Positions 10,147 through 19,810 of a DNA stretch of 64,000 nt are shown here, piece after piece. The stretch comes from a virus (lineage: Duplodnaviria; Heunggongvirae; Uroviricota; Caudoviricetes): IMG/VR virus record IMGVR_UViG_3300037454_000603, positions 79,646 to 143,645 of that record; one strand, given 5' to 3'. The translations under genes and the position numbers were made by a program. The notes under the pieces are model-generated. The model saw nothing but the letters and a program-made list of their open reading frames with translations. It made no database searches and had not been told where the DNA came from. How positions within the stretch are numbered: position 1 is the first letter of the stretch; every line of letters starts with the position of its first letter.

Positions 10147-10175
10147 TTGACTTTATTATTTCTTTATGTTATACT
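10147..10175 (+). promoter_or_regulatory. sigma70/SigA-type promoter with extended -10
   Basis: TTGACT-N17-TATACT with TGn. Confidence 0.65.
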
Positions 10176-10203
10176 TAAATAAAGAAAATAAGGGGGTTTA
10201 AAA

Positions 10204-11103
10204 ATGGATAAAGTACATAATAAACTTGCACATTATAATTTAAATTTAGATTATAAGGATTCTCGTGATATTGAAACTAAAACTAATCTTTTAATCAATA
10301 CCATTATAAATAATTTTGTAGATATTCTTAAATCTAAAAATTTAAATGAAGTAAACTTTGTTTATGAATATAATGATGATTTATTAAGTTTGATTGGATA
10401 TCATATTTTATTAAATATTCAATCAATTATACCAGAGTTTAATTTTAAACTTTATGGTAAAAAGAAAAGAACTAAAAAGTTTTTAGTTAAAAAACAAAAG
10501 TTCTGTTCTAAATGGGAATTAAGAAGAAAGAAAGAAAAGACTTTTCTAATTTCTAGTTTTAATCCTATTTATAAAGTAATTAATCAAAGATATTCATCTA
10601 ACGAAATAGTATCATTAAGATATGATTTATTAGGAAGGTTTACACCACAGGAAATACAAACTGCACAGCTATTTTACCATATTGGATATATAAAAAATGA
10701 TTTACTTTGTAAAAAATTTATAAAAGAAAGAGAAGATTTTGCCGCTTGGGTTGATAAGCCTGAACTTAAATCTAATGAAAATATTATAGACTATTATGGT
10801 TATGATTATCCTTCAAGAGTTATTGTAGCTTGGCTTGATGATGATATTGAAAATGATATAAGAATAATGCAAGATTTACAGGATGAGGAAGGTTTAGTTT
10901 TTTATTTCTTTGATAAAGAGCCTGAAATCCTTTTCGATACAACTTATAGTTACCTTATTAAAAGAAAAACTAATATACCGAGCAAAGTTTTTCTTAATAT
11001 TAATGAATATGATATACCAAGAATTTTAAAATATAAATATGGAAGAGATTTTATAGCAAAAGGAAATTGGAACATAAGAGATTACATGAAGTTGGAGGAA
11101 TAA
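10204..11103 (+). CDS. hypothetical protein, 299 aa
   Basis: long ORF, GGGGG RBS, TAA stop; no confident motif. Confidence 0.75.
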   Translation: MDKVHNKLAHYNLNLDYKDSRDIETKTNLLINTIINNFVDILKSKNLNEVNFVYEYNDDLLSLIGYHILLNIQSIIPEFNFKLYGKKKRTKKFLVKKQKFCSKWELRRKKEKTFLISSFNPIYKVINQRYSSNEIVSLRYDLLGRFTPQEIQTAQLFYHIGYIKNDLLCKKFIKEREDFAAWVDKPELKSNENIIDYYGYDYPSRVIVAWLDDDIENDIRIMQDLQDEEGLVFYFFDKEPEILFDTTYSYLIKRKTNIPSKVFLNINEYDIPRILKYKYGRDFIAKGNWNIRDYMKLEE

Positions 11104-11104
11104 T

Positions 11105-12697
11105 ATGAAAGTAGTTATAGTTAATGGTCAAGGTGGCGTTGGAAAAGCTTTAACAAATGATACCATTCTACCAACCCCAACTGGCCCTTGTGCCGTAAAG
11201 GACATAAAGGTAGGAGATTTTTTATTTGACCGAGCAGGAAAACCAACTAGAGTATTAGGCGTTTTCCCTTAGGGGGAACGAGAAGTTTATGAAGTTAGCT
11301 TTAAAGATGGTAGAAAAGTAAAATGTTCAAAAGATCACCTATGGAATATTCATAAGTAGAGTTGGCATCGTAAGTCATCAAAAGATAAATTTATGCCTTA
11401 CTCTACGTAGGATATTCTAAAAGAAGGAGTAAAGATTGATGACAGAGCAGGATATCGTTTTAGTATTCAATGCTCTGAAGCAGTAAGTTATAAGGAGAAA
11501 ACTTTAGACATACCGCCATATGTATTTGGGGCTTTTTTGGGAGATGGGTGCTGTACACAAAAAATACTTACACTGTCCTCTAATGACATAGAAATAGTAA
11601 ACAGAGTAAATGAACTATTGGGTAATAACGGTTATAAAAAAACAGAAGAAAATGGATATGGTTGGCGATTTTATTGTTCTAATAAATAGTATAATAGTAA
11701 TAATGTTAAAATGAAGTATTTTTAGACAGAAACTTTTTTTGAAAAGTATAAAAATAATATATGTTAGTATAGTTATAACAAATCTATTCCAGATGATTAT
11801 AAATATAGTTCATTAGAATAGAGATATGAACTAATACGTGGATTAATGGATACTGATGGCAGTATTGATAATAAAGGACGGACACGTTTTACTTCAGCTA
11901 GTTATTAGCTAATTTTGGATGTAAAAGAAATTCTAGGATCTCTGGGATATATTTCTACAATTCATGAAGATAAACGAGAGAATAAATATACTCAAGGTTG
12001 CTATGAGCTAGATATCAATATAGATAATAAAGAAAAAGAAAAGTTATTTTTTCTACCTAGGAAAAAAGATAGAGCAAAGAATCTTCCTAAATCTACTTTT
12101 AATTATCAAAGAACACGAATTGTAAATATTAAATCATTAAATTATAAAGCTCCTATGACTTGTTTTTTAGTTGATAATGAAGAACATTTATTTTTAGCTA
12201 ATGACTTTGTTGTAACCCATAATACTACGTTTGAAAACTTTGTTTATGATTATGGTTCTTAGTAGGGTTATCAATTTTATATAACCTCAATGGTTAGTTT
12301 TGTTAAATAGGAAGCAGAAAAACTTGGCTGGCGCGGCGGTAAGTCAATGGAAGATAGGCGTTTTCTTTCAGATTTAAAGGACGCTTTAGCAAAGTGGAAT
12401 GATAGTCCATTCTAGGATATAATTAATACAATTAATAAATGTGAAAATTAGAAATTTGATTTTATCTTTATTGACGCTCGTGAAGCAGAAGATATTGAGA
12501 GAATAAAAGAAAGCTATCCCAATGTAACAACTCTCCTTGTTAAGCAGCCGTCCTGTGATTTATAGACTTATGGTAATCACGCTGATGATGGAGTATTTGA
12601 TATTTAGTATGATTGGATAATTGAAAACAACGGGACTCTTGAAGAACTCCGCGCCGCGGCCCTAACATTCTATGAGGCTATTGCAAATGAAGAATAA
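11105..12697 (+). CDS. P-loop nucleotide (dNMP-like) kinase interrupted by an intein, 530-aa precursor (about 15 TAG)
   Basis: MKVVIVNGQGGVGK-[intein]-TTFENF...GWRGGKSMEDRRFLSDLKDAL...IDAREAEDI...IIENNGTLEEL; frame open except for TAG; TAA at 12695. Confidence 0.75.
11147..12223 (+). mobile_element. class 3 intein with LAGLIDADG homing endonuclease (359 aa)
   Basis: Starts ALTNDTILPTPTG (Ala1); block B KDHLW; endonuclease blocks FGAFLGDG and LIRGLMDTDG; block F MTCFLVDNEEHLFLA; ends VVTHN/T; inserted in Walker A between K and T. Confidence 0.88.
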
Positions 12698-13259
12698 TTT
12701 CTTAGCTACTGACCCATAGGCAGTTAATGATTTGCTTAGTAAAATGCCAGAACTAAGAGAAAGAGGATTAAAAGTTCTAGAACCCGCCGCTGGCAATGGA
12801 ATTCTTGCTGATAGGTACAAATTTCTAACTCGCAATGAAATAGATATGTTTGATATTGAGCCGCGGCGCGACGATATTGAACAATATGATTATATGAAGT
12901 TAGATTGTAGAGGAAAATATGATTTAATTTTAACTAGTTTTCCTTCTGAAATGGCGGATAAAAACAATCCAATTGGATATAGTTAGCTTTTAAGAAAAGC
13001 TTTAATAGATGTTAAATATGGTGGCTATGTTGCGAATTTTTAGAAGTTAGCACAATTGGAAAGCAAGTAGAGATATTAGGATATTTATGGAAAATATAAG
13101 CCATATAAGGTTTTGATTTATAGTAGGAGAATTAACTGCTATAAAAATGGGGATTTAAATTAGAAAGTTTAGGGCGCAGTTGCTTATTCTTGGCTTGTTT
13201 GGCACAAAGATGAGAATGGGTTTTTCTCGAACGAAACAAAATTGGATTGGATTTACTAA
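12687..13259 (+). CDS. small DNA N6-adenine-methyltransferase-like protein with degenerate catalytic motif (190 aa; several TAG)
   Basis: ATDPQAV...LEPAAGNG (SAM motif I)...DLILTSFPS (where NPPY is expected)...RRINCYKNGD...AVAYSWLVW. Confidence 0.6.
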
Positions 13260-13263
13260 AAAG

Positions 13264-13288
13264 AAAGAGTTGGCAAAACCAACTCTTT
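13264..13288. terminator. bidirectional rho-independent terminator
   Basis: AAAGAGTTGG-CAAAA-CCAACTCTTT between convergent genes, with A/T tracts on both sides. Confidence 0.75.
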
Positions 13289-13290
13289 TT

Positions 13291-14085
13291 TTATTCTTCA
13301 AAATAAACAACCTATTCAGTTAATATTCTTTCTTTCATTTCTGACGTAAGTTTACTGTCTTCTGCACTACTAAGCATATTTTCAATTTGTCCACCATCAG
13401 TATAATAGTTAACGGAAATTAAATTAAACACATATTTTTTTGTTCCTAAATTAGTAACATCTTCAAATAAACTATATTCTATTAAATTTAATTTTTCTAA
13501 CCAACAAAGACTTAATATTATTTTCTTATTATTATCAACTTTTTTACTCATTTTTAAAAGCTCTCTTAAGTCCTAAAGAGTAAAAAGTCTTTCTGGCGAT
13601 TTCATATAACAAAAATGTTCTTGCATATTAGCTAATAATAAATAAAGCTTCAGTTCAATTTCATCAACAAGAAAAACATTTTGTAGTTTGTCTACTGTTT
13701 CTCTAGGAATTATTCTATAAAGTTCTCCTTTTGGTATTTTGTAAAATCCACTTGAATACTTTTTTCTAGCCATAAATTTCTTATTCCATTCTTGCTGAGA
13801 GAGAAATTTGTCCTCAAAATCTTGCGGCCCCTAATACTAAATTAATTTATTGTCTTCAAGTAATTTCCAATATTTTTTAATTGTTTCTGAATGCATTCCT
13901 AATAATTCATGAATTTTATTGATTGAGAAGTTATTCTACATAAATTCACGAGGTTTATCTCTCCCGCAAAATTTTGAAATAGAAACTAAATAAAGATAGA
14001 GTCTCATAGAGTTCTACTAGACTTTTCTTTCTTCTGATACAATCGGTAGTCCATCTTTTTTAACCTAAGCTAAATTGTTTTTCAT
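13291..14085 (-). CDS. putative replication initiator with tandem winged-helix-like segments (264 aa; TAG=Gln)
   Basis: Joins track ORFs 13573-13773 and 13312-13551; two segments RLYLYL...FSINKIHELLGM...WKLLEDNKLI and KLYLLL...FTLQDLRELLKM...LCWLEKLNLI; next to the iteron array. Confidence 0.5.
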
Positions 14086-14151
14086 TTTATTCACCTCAAA
14101 GATAAGTAATTGAAGATTTTGATTAATCTAAAATTTTCATTCTTCATTCTC

Positions 14152-14263
14152 GTATACTAATTTTTCAAAAAAGTATACTAATTTTTCAATTTGGTTTACT
14201 CATCTTCAATTTGGTATACTAATTTTATCAATTTGGTTTACTCAATTTTCAATTTTGTTTACT
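14152..14263. repeat. iteron-like array, about 5.5 copies of a 20-22-bp unit (candidate origin)
   Basis: GTATACTAATTTTTCAAAAAA / GTATACTAATTTTTCAATTTG / GTTTACTCATCTTCAATTTG / GTATACTAATTTTATCAATTTG / GTTTACTCAATTTTCAATTTT / GTTTACT. Confidence 0.75.
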
Positions 14264-14399
14264 GGCGGAAGCATGTATATTATAAGTCTTACTTTCTTTT
14301 AAAAAGAAAGTAAGCAAAGAAATCTTCTTTGTCGGGCCAAAGAAGCAAAGCCCGCTCACCGCTTCGCGGCTCGCAGAAAATTGAGAAAAAAAGAAAATA

Positions 14400-14443
14400 G
14401 AAAATGTTAATACTTAGTATCAGAAAATGTTAATACTTAGTAT
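14400..14443. repeat. perfect 21-bp direct repeat, two copies (23-bp period)
   Basis: GAAAATGTTAATACTTAGTAT twice, separated by CA. Confidence 0.8.
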
Positions 14444-14535
14444 ACGGTTAAATTTTTCTGCTTCTTTTGCGCCGCCGCCTCAAAACTTTAGAAAAAATTT
14501 TAACTTCTCAATGGTAGGGCGGCACAGCGTAACTT

Positions 14536-14564
14536 TTGACTTATTTAAAAAATTTTATTATAAT
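14536..14564 (+). promoter_or_regulatory. sigma70/SigA-type promoter heading the replication arm
   Basis: TTGACT-N17-TATAAT. Confidence 0.75.
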
Positions 14565-14594
14565 TAAAACAAAAGAAAAAAGGAGGAAAAAAGA

Positions 14595-14825
14595 ATGAAT
14601 ATTATAGAAATATAGAAAGAACTTAGTGAACATTTAAAAAGAAATCCAACAATTGAAGAATTTTTCAAAAATTTACCAGACAAATATAAGGAAAAAGATT
14701 GGAGTTTAGTTAGTATTAAACTAACTAATAAGAATAAAATTGAAGCAATTTATTATAGTCCAGAGGATTATGAATCCTATTGCTTTGTAATAGGTGATAT
14801 AGGAAGAATGGAGGGAAAAGGTTAA
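14595..14825 (+). CDS. hypothetical protein (1 TAG)
   Basis: AGGAGG RBS, ATG 14595, open to TAA with TAG=Q. Confidence 0.6.
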
Positions 14826-14827
14826 AA

Positions 14828-15124
14828 ATGAAAATTAACCCCGTTTCGACAATGTGTGCAAATTGTGAATATGCTAGAAAAGCGGAAAACTCTGGTTATG
14901 TCGGATGTGCTGCCGCGCTTAAGAAGTTAAGAGAAGATTATTCAAGCGACACATTATTTTCTTTTTATGAAAGGAGCGTAATGTCGACTGGCTGGGTAGA
15001 TTTGAGAGCAAGACCCAATAGTAAAGATAGCAGCGGAATGATAACGAATGGAATTCCATGCTTTCATCCACAAGATAGTTGTAAGCATTTTGAAGTAAGG
15101 AGGGATTTGAGTGGCGATATATGA
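14828..15124 (+). CDS. Cys-containing hypothetical protein
   Basis: 98 aa; CANCEY...C...CFHPQDSCKHF. Confidence 0.6.
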   Translation: MKINPVSTMCANCEYARKAENSGYVGCAAALKKLREDYSSDTLFSFYERSVMSTGWVDLRARPNSKDSSGMITNGIPCFHPQDSCKHFEVRRDLSGDI

Positions 15125-15623
15125 ATACTTTACTGACGGAGCCGCGACAATGAAGAAGAAGAATGGTGAATATGTTAGAGAAGCTGGCGGTTGGGCATGG
15201 ATACTTGCTGATACTAAAGATAATAAAATATTGGAATATAAAAAAGGCAATTTTTTACAAACAACCAATAATTATTGTGAACTATATGCAATACATGACG
15301 TTTTAAAAACTCTTTTAAAAAATAATACTTCTAATTCAGAAATTTATATATATTCTGATAGTGCATATTGCGTAAATATGCTAAAAAGTGATGGTTGGAT
15401 TTATTCTTGGGCTAAAGCAAATTGGAAAAGAAAAGGCGGAAAAGATATAGAAAATTTATCTCTTATCCAGCACTTGTACATGGAAAAGAAAAATCTTGAA
15501 CAACTTTTAAATACTATAAATTTTATTAAAGTTCAAGGTCATAGTAATAATATTTTTAATAATATGGCAGATAAATTGGCAGTGGAGGCGAAAAAAGATG
15601 CGGCTATGGGAAAAATTTAGTAA
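15111..15623 (+). CDS. rnhA: ribonuclease HI
   Basis: FTDGA, TTNNYCELYAI, YSDSAYCVN and KVQGHSNNIFNNMADKLA motifs; final TAG directly followed by TAA. Confidence 0.88.
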
Positions 15624-16545
15624 AGAAGAATTAGAAGAAATATTTAAAAATTCTTTTACCAAAGCAGAAATTTTAAAAAAGTTAGGATATAAAAAACTTG
15701 ATAATACAAAACCAATATAGGACATATTAAATAAATATTAGTTTAATATATCACATTTATTGGGACCAGGCAATAGAACATCTATTCCAATGATTGGCAA
15801 AACTTTTGGCAGATTAACAGTCTTAGAAGAAGATGTCGAATATCCTGTGATACATAACTTAACTAAAGGAAAATATTATAAATGTCAATGCTCTTGTGAT
15901 AATAAAACAATCATAACCGCATTAGGAAACAATCTTAGAAATGGGTCTACTAAATCATGTGGATGTTTAATCAAGGATTTAAATAAATAGAATGTAATAC
16001 CAATGATTGGTAAACAGATTGGACATTTAACTGTTTTAGAAATAGATAATAACTATAAAATAAAAAATAATATCAAATCATCTTCATACTTTTATAAATG
16101 TAAATGTGATTGTGGTAAAATTATTACAATTAATGGTAGCGAATTAAGACGTAAAGAACACAACCAAATATCTTGTGGATGTATTTTATCTAAAGGAGAA
16201 TAGAAAATTAAAGAAATTTTATCATTTTTACAAATTAACTTTAAATAGCAATACACTTTTGAAAATTTAAAAAGTAATAAGGGTTACAATTTAAAATTTG
16301 ATTTTGGTATTTTAGACGCAAATCAAAAATTATTATGTTTAATTGAGTTTTAGGGAAAATAGCATTATGAAATAATACCACAATGGAAAGATGAAAATAA
16401 ATTTTTAATTTAGCAAGAAAATGATAATCTCAAAAGAAAATATTGTTAGAAATGCAATATTCCTTTGATAGAAATTCCCTATTGGGATTTTAACAAAATT
16501 GATGAAAAATATTTAAAGGAGAAGATAAATGAATATAGTAATTGA
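15598..16545 (+). CDS. putative homing endonuclease: two Cys-rich (RLTVL...CxC...SCGC) repeats plus a PD-(D/E)XK/Vsr-like domain (315 aa)
   Basis: Joins track ORFs via TAG; C-terminal KFDFGI...LIEF(TAG)GK(TAG)HY...LIEIPYWD matches the EFQGxQHY pattern. Confidence 0.7.
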
Positions 16546-17671
16546 TAATTTTGACTTTTTAAATATGCCCGCTATGAAGTATTGGTCGTATGCGTCTTCA
16601 ACCCCCATAAGTAAACGTAAAATAGAAGCAAAAGTGCTAGTTGAATCTGGCGAGTATTATGGAAGTATAAAGCGAGACGGCGTTTGGGAAATGATTATTA
16701 AAGATATGGAAGGCAATTTTTATGCTCGTAGTAGAACAGAATCTGTCAATGGAGGATTTGCAAATAAAGCAGATTTTATTCCCCAGATAATTGAAGAATT
16801 AAATTGTATTCCAAATGGGACAGTATTGATAGGAGAAATTTATTTTCCTAATAATGAAGGAAGTCGAAAAGTAACCTCTGTATTTAATTGTTTAAAAGAT
16901 AAATGCCTTGAAAGACAAAAAACAAAGGGATTTTTACATTATTATATATTTGACATATTAGCTTATAAAGGCAAGTCTTTAATCAATGAACCTTTTGAAA
17001 AAAGGATAAACCATTATCTTAATTATGAATTATTCGATGTATTGCAAAATAATAATTATATTGAGGTAGCAGAATATAAAGAAGGAGAAGAGCTTTGGGA
17101 ATTGTATGGAAGCACGATTGCTTTTGGCGGCGAAGGTATTGTAATTACAAAGAAAAATGCAGTTTATTCTCCAGGAAAGAGGCCATCTAAGGTTACATTA
17201 AAACTTAAAAAAGAGCTAGCTAATACAATAGATGCTTTTATTGATGGAAATTACAAGCTCCCAACAAAAGAATACTCAGGAAAAACTCCTCTTGACCAGT
17301 GGCCATATTGGTTTAATGAAAAAACAGGTCAGCGTTATACAAGTTGTCAGTATAATGATTACTTTCTTGGAAAACCATTAACTCCTGTTACAAAGCCTTT
17401 CGCGCTTGGATATGCTGGCTCAATATCCTTTTCTGTAATGAAAGATGGAAAACCTATCCATATTGGTTATATCAGTGGTGTACCAGATTCTATGAAATGC
17501 GGCATCGCTAAGGAACCTGAAAAATGGATTGGTAAAGTCTTTGAAATTTCTGCAATGATGGTTGAAAAAATTGATAATAACTATTCTCTTCGTCATGCAA
17601 TTGTAGTTCAAGAAAGAAAAGACAAAAGACCTGAGGATTGTGAATTTTCTCAAATAGAAAACAATGTATAA
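16529..17671 (+). CDS. lig: ATP-dependent DNA ligase
   Basis: KRDG motif I, LIGEIY, YYIFDIL, EGIVI and LKLK motifs. Confidence 0.85.
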   Translation: MNIVIDNFDFLNMPAMKYWSYASSTPISKRKIEAKVLVESGEYYGSIKRDGVWEMIIKDMEGNFYARSRTESVNGGFANKADFIPQIIEELNCIPNGTVLIGEIYFPNNEGSRKVTSVFNCLKDKCLERQKTKGFLHYYIFDILAYKGKSLINEPFEKRINHYLNYELFDVLQNNNYIEVAEYKEGEELWELYGSTIAFGGEGIVITKKNAVYSPGKRPSKVTLKLKKELANTIDAFIDGNYKLPTKEYSGKTPLDQWPYWFNEKTGQRYTSCQYNDYFLGKPLTPVTKPFALGYAGSISFSVMKDGKPIHIGYISGVPDSMKCGIAKEPEKWIGKVFEISAMMVEKIDNNYSLRHAIVVQERKDKRPEDCEFSQIENNV

Positions 17672-17712
17672 TTGAATTTTTTAGAGGAACTCAAATTAAA
17701 TATTACTTTATT

Positions 17713-17745
17713 ATAGAGGAAGAATTGTGGACTTCCTCTATTTTA
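17713..17745 (+). terminator. rho-independent terminator
   Basis: ATAGAGGAAG/CTTCCTCTAT stem followed by TTT. Confidence 0.65.
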
Positions 17746-17759
17746 CTATAATAAGAGAG

Positions 17760-18539
17760 GTGAATGAATTGTTTACTTTTAACCCCGCCAATATAGAAGA
17801 GCCGCCAGCCCATACAAAAATTTAGGTTCGTTGTTGTACTTGTGCCAAGAAAAATGTATGTGGACTTCGAACCGATTATTTAAAAACAGCAACCTTAATT
17901 GAGAATATTCTTGGTAATCCACAAAAAGATAGAGAATTAGTTTGCGATTATGGTTTCACTGGATTGGATTTTGAAGAACAAATTTTCCCAAGTCAAATTC
18001 AAGTTGAACCGCAAAAAGAAGGAGACGAACCCTTAACAGGAAACTACATTAATGCAAAATATAAAAATAAAGATAAAGTTAAGCTTCTTTATGAAGTGGA
18101 AAAATATTTTGTAATGTTTGTCTTCACTTGGAGTTATGAATTTGAACGCTATGAATTAACTTATAGCAAAGAAATTTATTTTGGAATTCCATTTACACTA
18201 TCTTAGGAGACGATCAATAGTTTAATAACTCCTCTTATACCCTGGAGAGAAGAACAGATTAGAAAAGAAGAAGAAGAAAAAGATAAGGATATTATTAATA
18301 CAACTTTATTTTCTTGTGATTTGCGTTGTAGTGAATATGAATTTGACAAGAAACAAAAGAACTGTGAGATAACTGAAGATTATCATCATATTGCAACATA
18401 TCATAAAGAAGATTCTCCCGTGCCATTGTATAAAGATTATTACTGGCCTCATCCAATTGCATATCCAGTCTTTATTCCAAGTGATGTCAAGCCTAACCCC
18501 GCGCCGCCCCACAGAAGAGGCGATGATTGTGACTGTTAA
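17760..18539 (+). CDS. Cys/Pro-rich hypothetical protein (259 aa; 2 TAG)
   Basis: GTG 17760 after GAGG; joins track ORFs 17964-18206 and 18321-18539 in one frame. Confidence 0.6.
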
Positions 18540-18954
18540 TGAACCTTCAAGGGGAGAAAGAAAAATAATGGAACTCCTACATTATGGAGGTCTGAAATTT
18601 CAAAGAGAAGTTAGCTTTGAAGGTTTAGTAGGTAAAAAGAAAGTTCCTCTTCGTTTTGATTTTGCAGTTTATAATTCACAAGGTTAGCTTTTAGTTTTAA
18701 TTGACTTCGATGGTGAATAGCATTTTAAATATGTTAAATATTTTCACAAAACAATAAGTGGATTTAAACGCGCGCAAGAGAGAGATAGAATTAAGAACAA
18801 GTACTGCTTAAAACATAATATACCTTTAATTAGAATTCCTTTTTGGGATTTAGAAGACTTAACCTTAAATAAAATTTTTGGTACCGCGGCGTATCGAGTT
18901 GAAAATATATATCATAATGACTATCTTGCTCGATAGTTGGAGGTGAGGAAATAA
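18523..18954 (+). CDS. stand-alone PD-(D/E)XK/Vsr-like endonuclease (143 aa; 3 TAG)
   Basis: SRGERKI...LRFDFAVY...IDFDGE(TAG)HF...ERDRIKNKYC...LIRIPFWD. Confidence 0.7.
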
Positions 18955-18955
18955 T

Positions 18956-19375
18956 ATGGCGGCATTTTTAGCAATTTTTGAAACTATTGGTTCTGTTGTT
19001 GGAATTATTATTACTTTAATTACTTTTTTTGGTTTGATTTCTAAAAAACCCAAGGAAGCTTTTAAGAGAATTATTAGAGAAGAAGTTAATAATGCTAATG
19101 AAGAGCTAAAACTAAAAATTTTAGAATTAGAATCATAGGCAAAAGAAAGATTTGATAAGATTGATATTAGAATCAATCAAGCAGATGAAACAGATATTGT
19201 TCTTTTAAGAAATACTATTACGCACATTTATATTAAGTATAAAGATACTAAACGAATTCCTCACTATGAGAAAGAAAATGTTATGTACCTTTTTACCCAG
19301 TATAAAATTTTAAACGGCAATTCGTATGTTGCGCAAATTGTAAAGATGATGGAAGACTGGGAGGAAATAGTATAA
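18956..19375 (+). CDS. membrane-anchored protein, holin-like (139 aa; 1 TAG)
   Basis: N-terminal TM (IGSVVGIIITLITFFGLI), coiled coil, C-terminal LRNTITHIY...YKILNGNSYV. Confidence 0.55.
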
Positions 19376-19422
19376 ATGATAAAGGTAGGAAATAAATATT
19401 GGGATGAAGAAGAAGTAAAAAG

Positions 19423-19457
19423 AAAGAAGTCAAGATAAAAATCTTGACTTCTTTTTT
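19423..19457 (+). terminator. 14-bp perfect hairpin/terminator overlapping the next -35 box
   Basis: AAAGAAGTCAAGAT-AAAA-ATCTTGACTTCTTT plus T tract. Confidence 0.65.
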
Positions 19458-19472
19458 TGATTTTGCTATAAT
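19444..19472 (+). promoter_or_regulatory. promoter of the nrdH-nrdD operon
   Basis: TTGACT-N17-TATAAT with TGn. Confidence 0.75.
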
Positions 19473-19600
19473 ATTAATAGAATGAAATGATTCAGATAAA
19501 ATCAGACTAAAAGCTTAGAGCAAAAAGCTTAATTCACTACTTATTAAATGATTCGAATAAAATCAAATTATTCTATCGAAATAAATTAAGGAGGAATTAT

Positions 19601-19810
19601 ATGACAATAACTTTGTATTCAACTCATTGTCCCAAGTGTACCGTTCTTGAAAAGAAGCTTACTAATAAAGGCATTGACTTTGAAGTGTGTGATGATGAGA
19701 AAATTATGGAGTCCTATGGTTTTACAACTTTACCTATGTTACAAGTTGATACGAACTTGATGGATTTTAGTACAGCTATAAAATGGGTAGGTGAATATAG
19801 TGCAAATTAA
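19601..19810 (+). CDS. nrdH: glutaredoxin/NrdH-like redoxin
   Basis: 69 aa; ITLYSTHCPKC, TTLPML; directly upstream of the RNR. Confidence 0.75.
   Translation: MTITLYSTHCPKCTVLEKKLTNKGIDFEVCDDEKIMESYGFTTLPMLQVDTNLMDFSTAIKWVGEYSAN

Noticed and set aside
10204-11103. Degenerate NAD synthetase/PP-loop enzyme
   Set aside because: Only a vague resemblance; no SGGxDS motif, so it is left as hypothetical
14330-14380. Suppressor tRNA (CUA) in the GC-rich intergenic stretch
   Set aside because: No cloverleaf, TTC T-loop or CCA could be built; no tRNA was recognised anywhere in the window (tRNAscan would be decisive)
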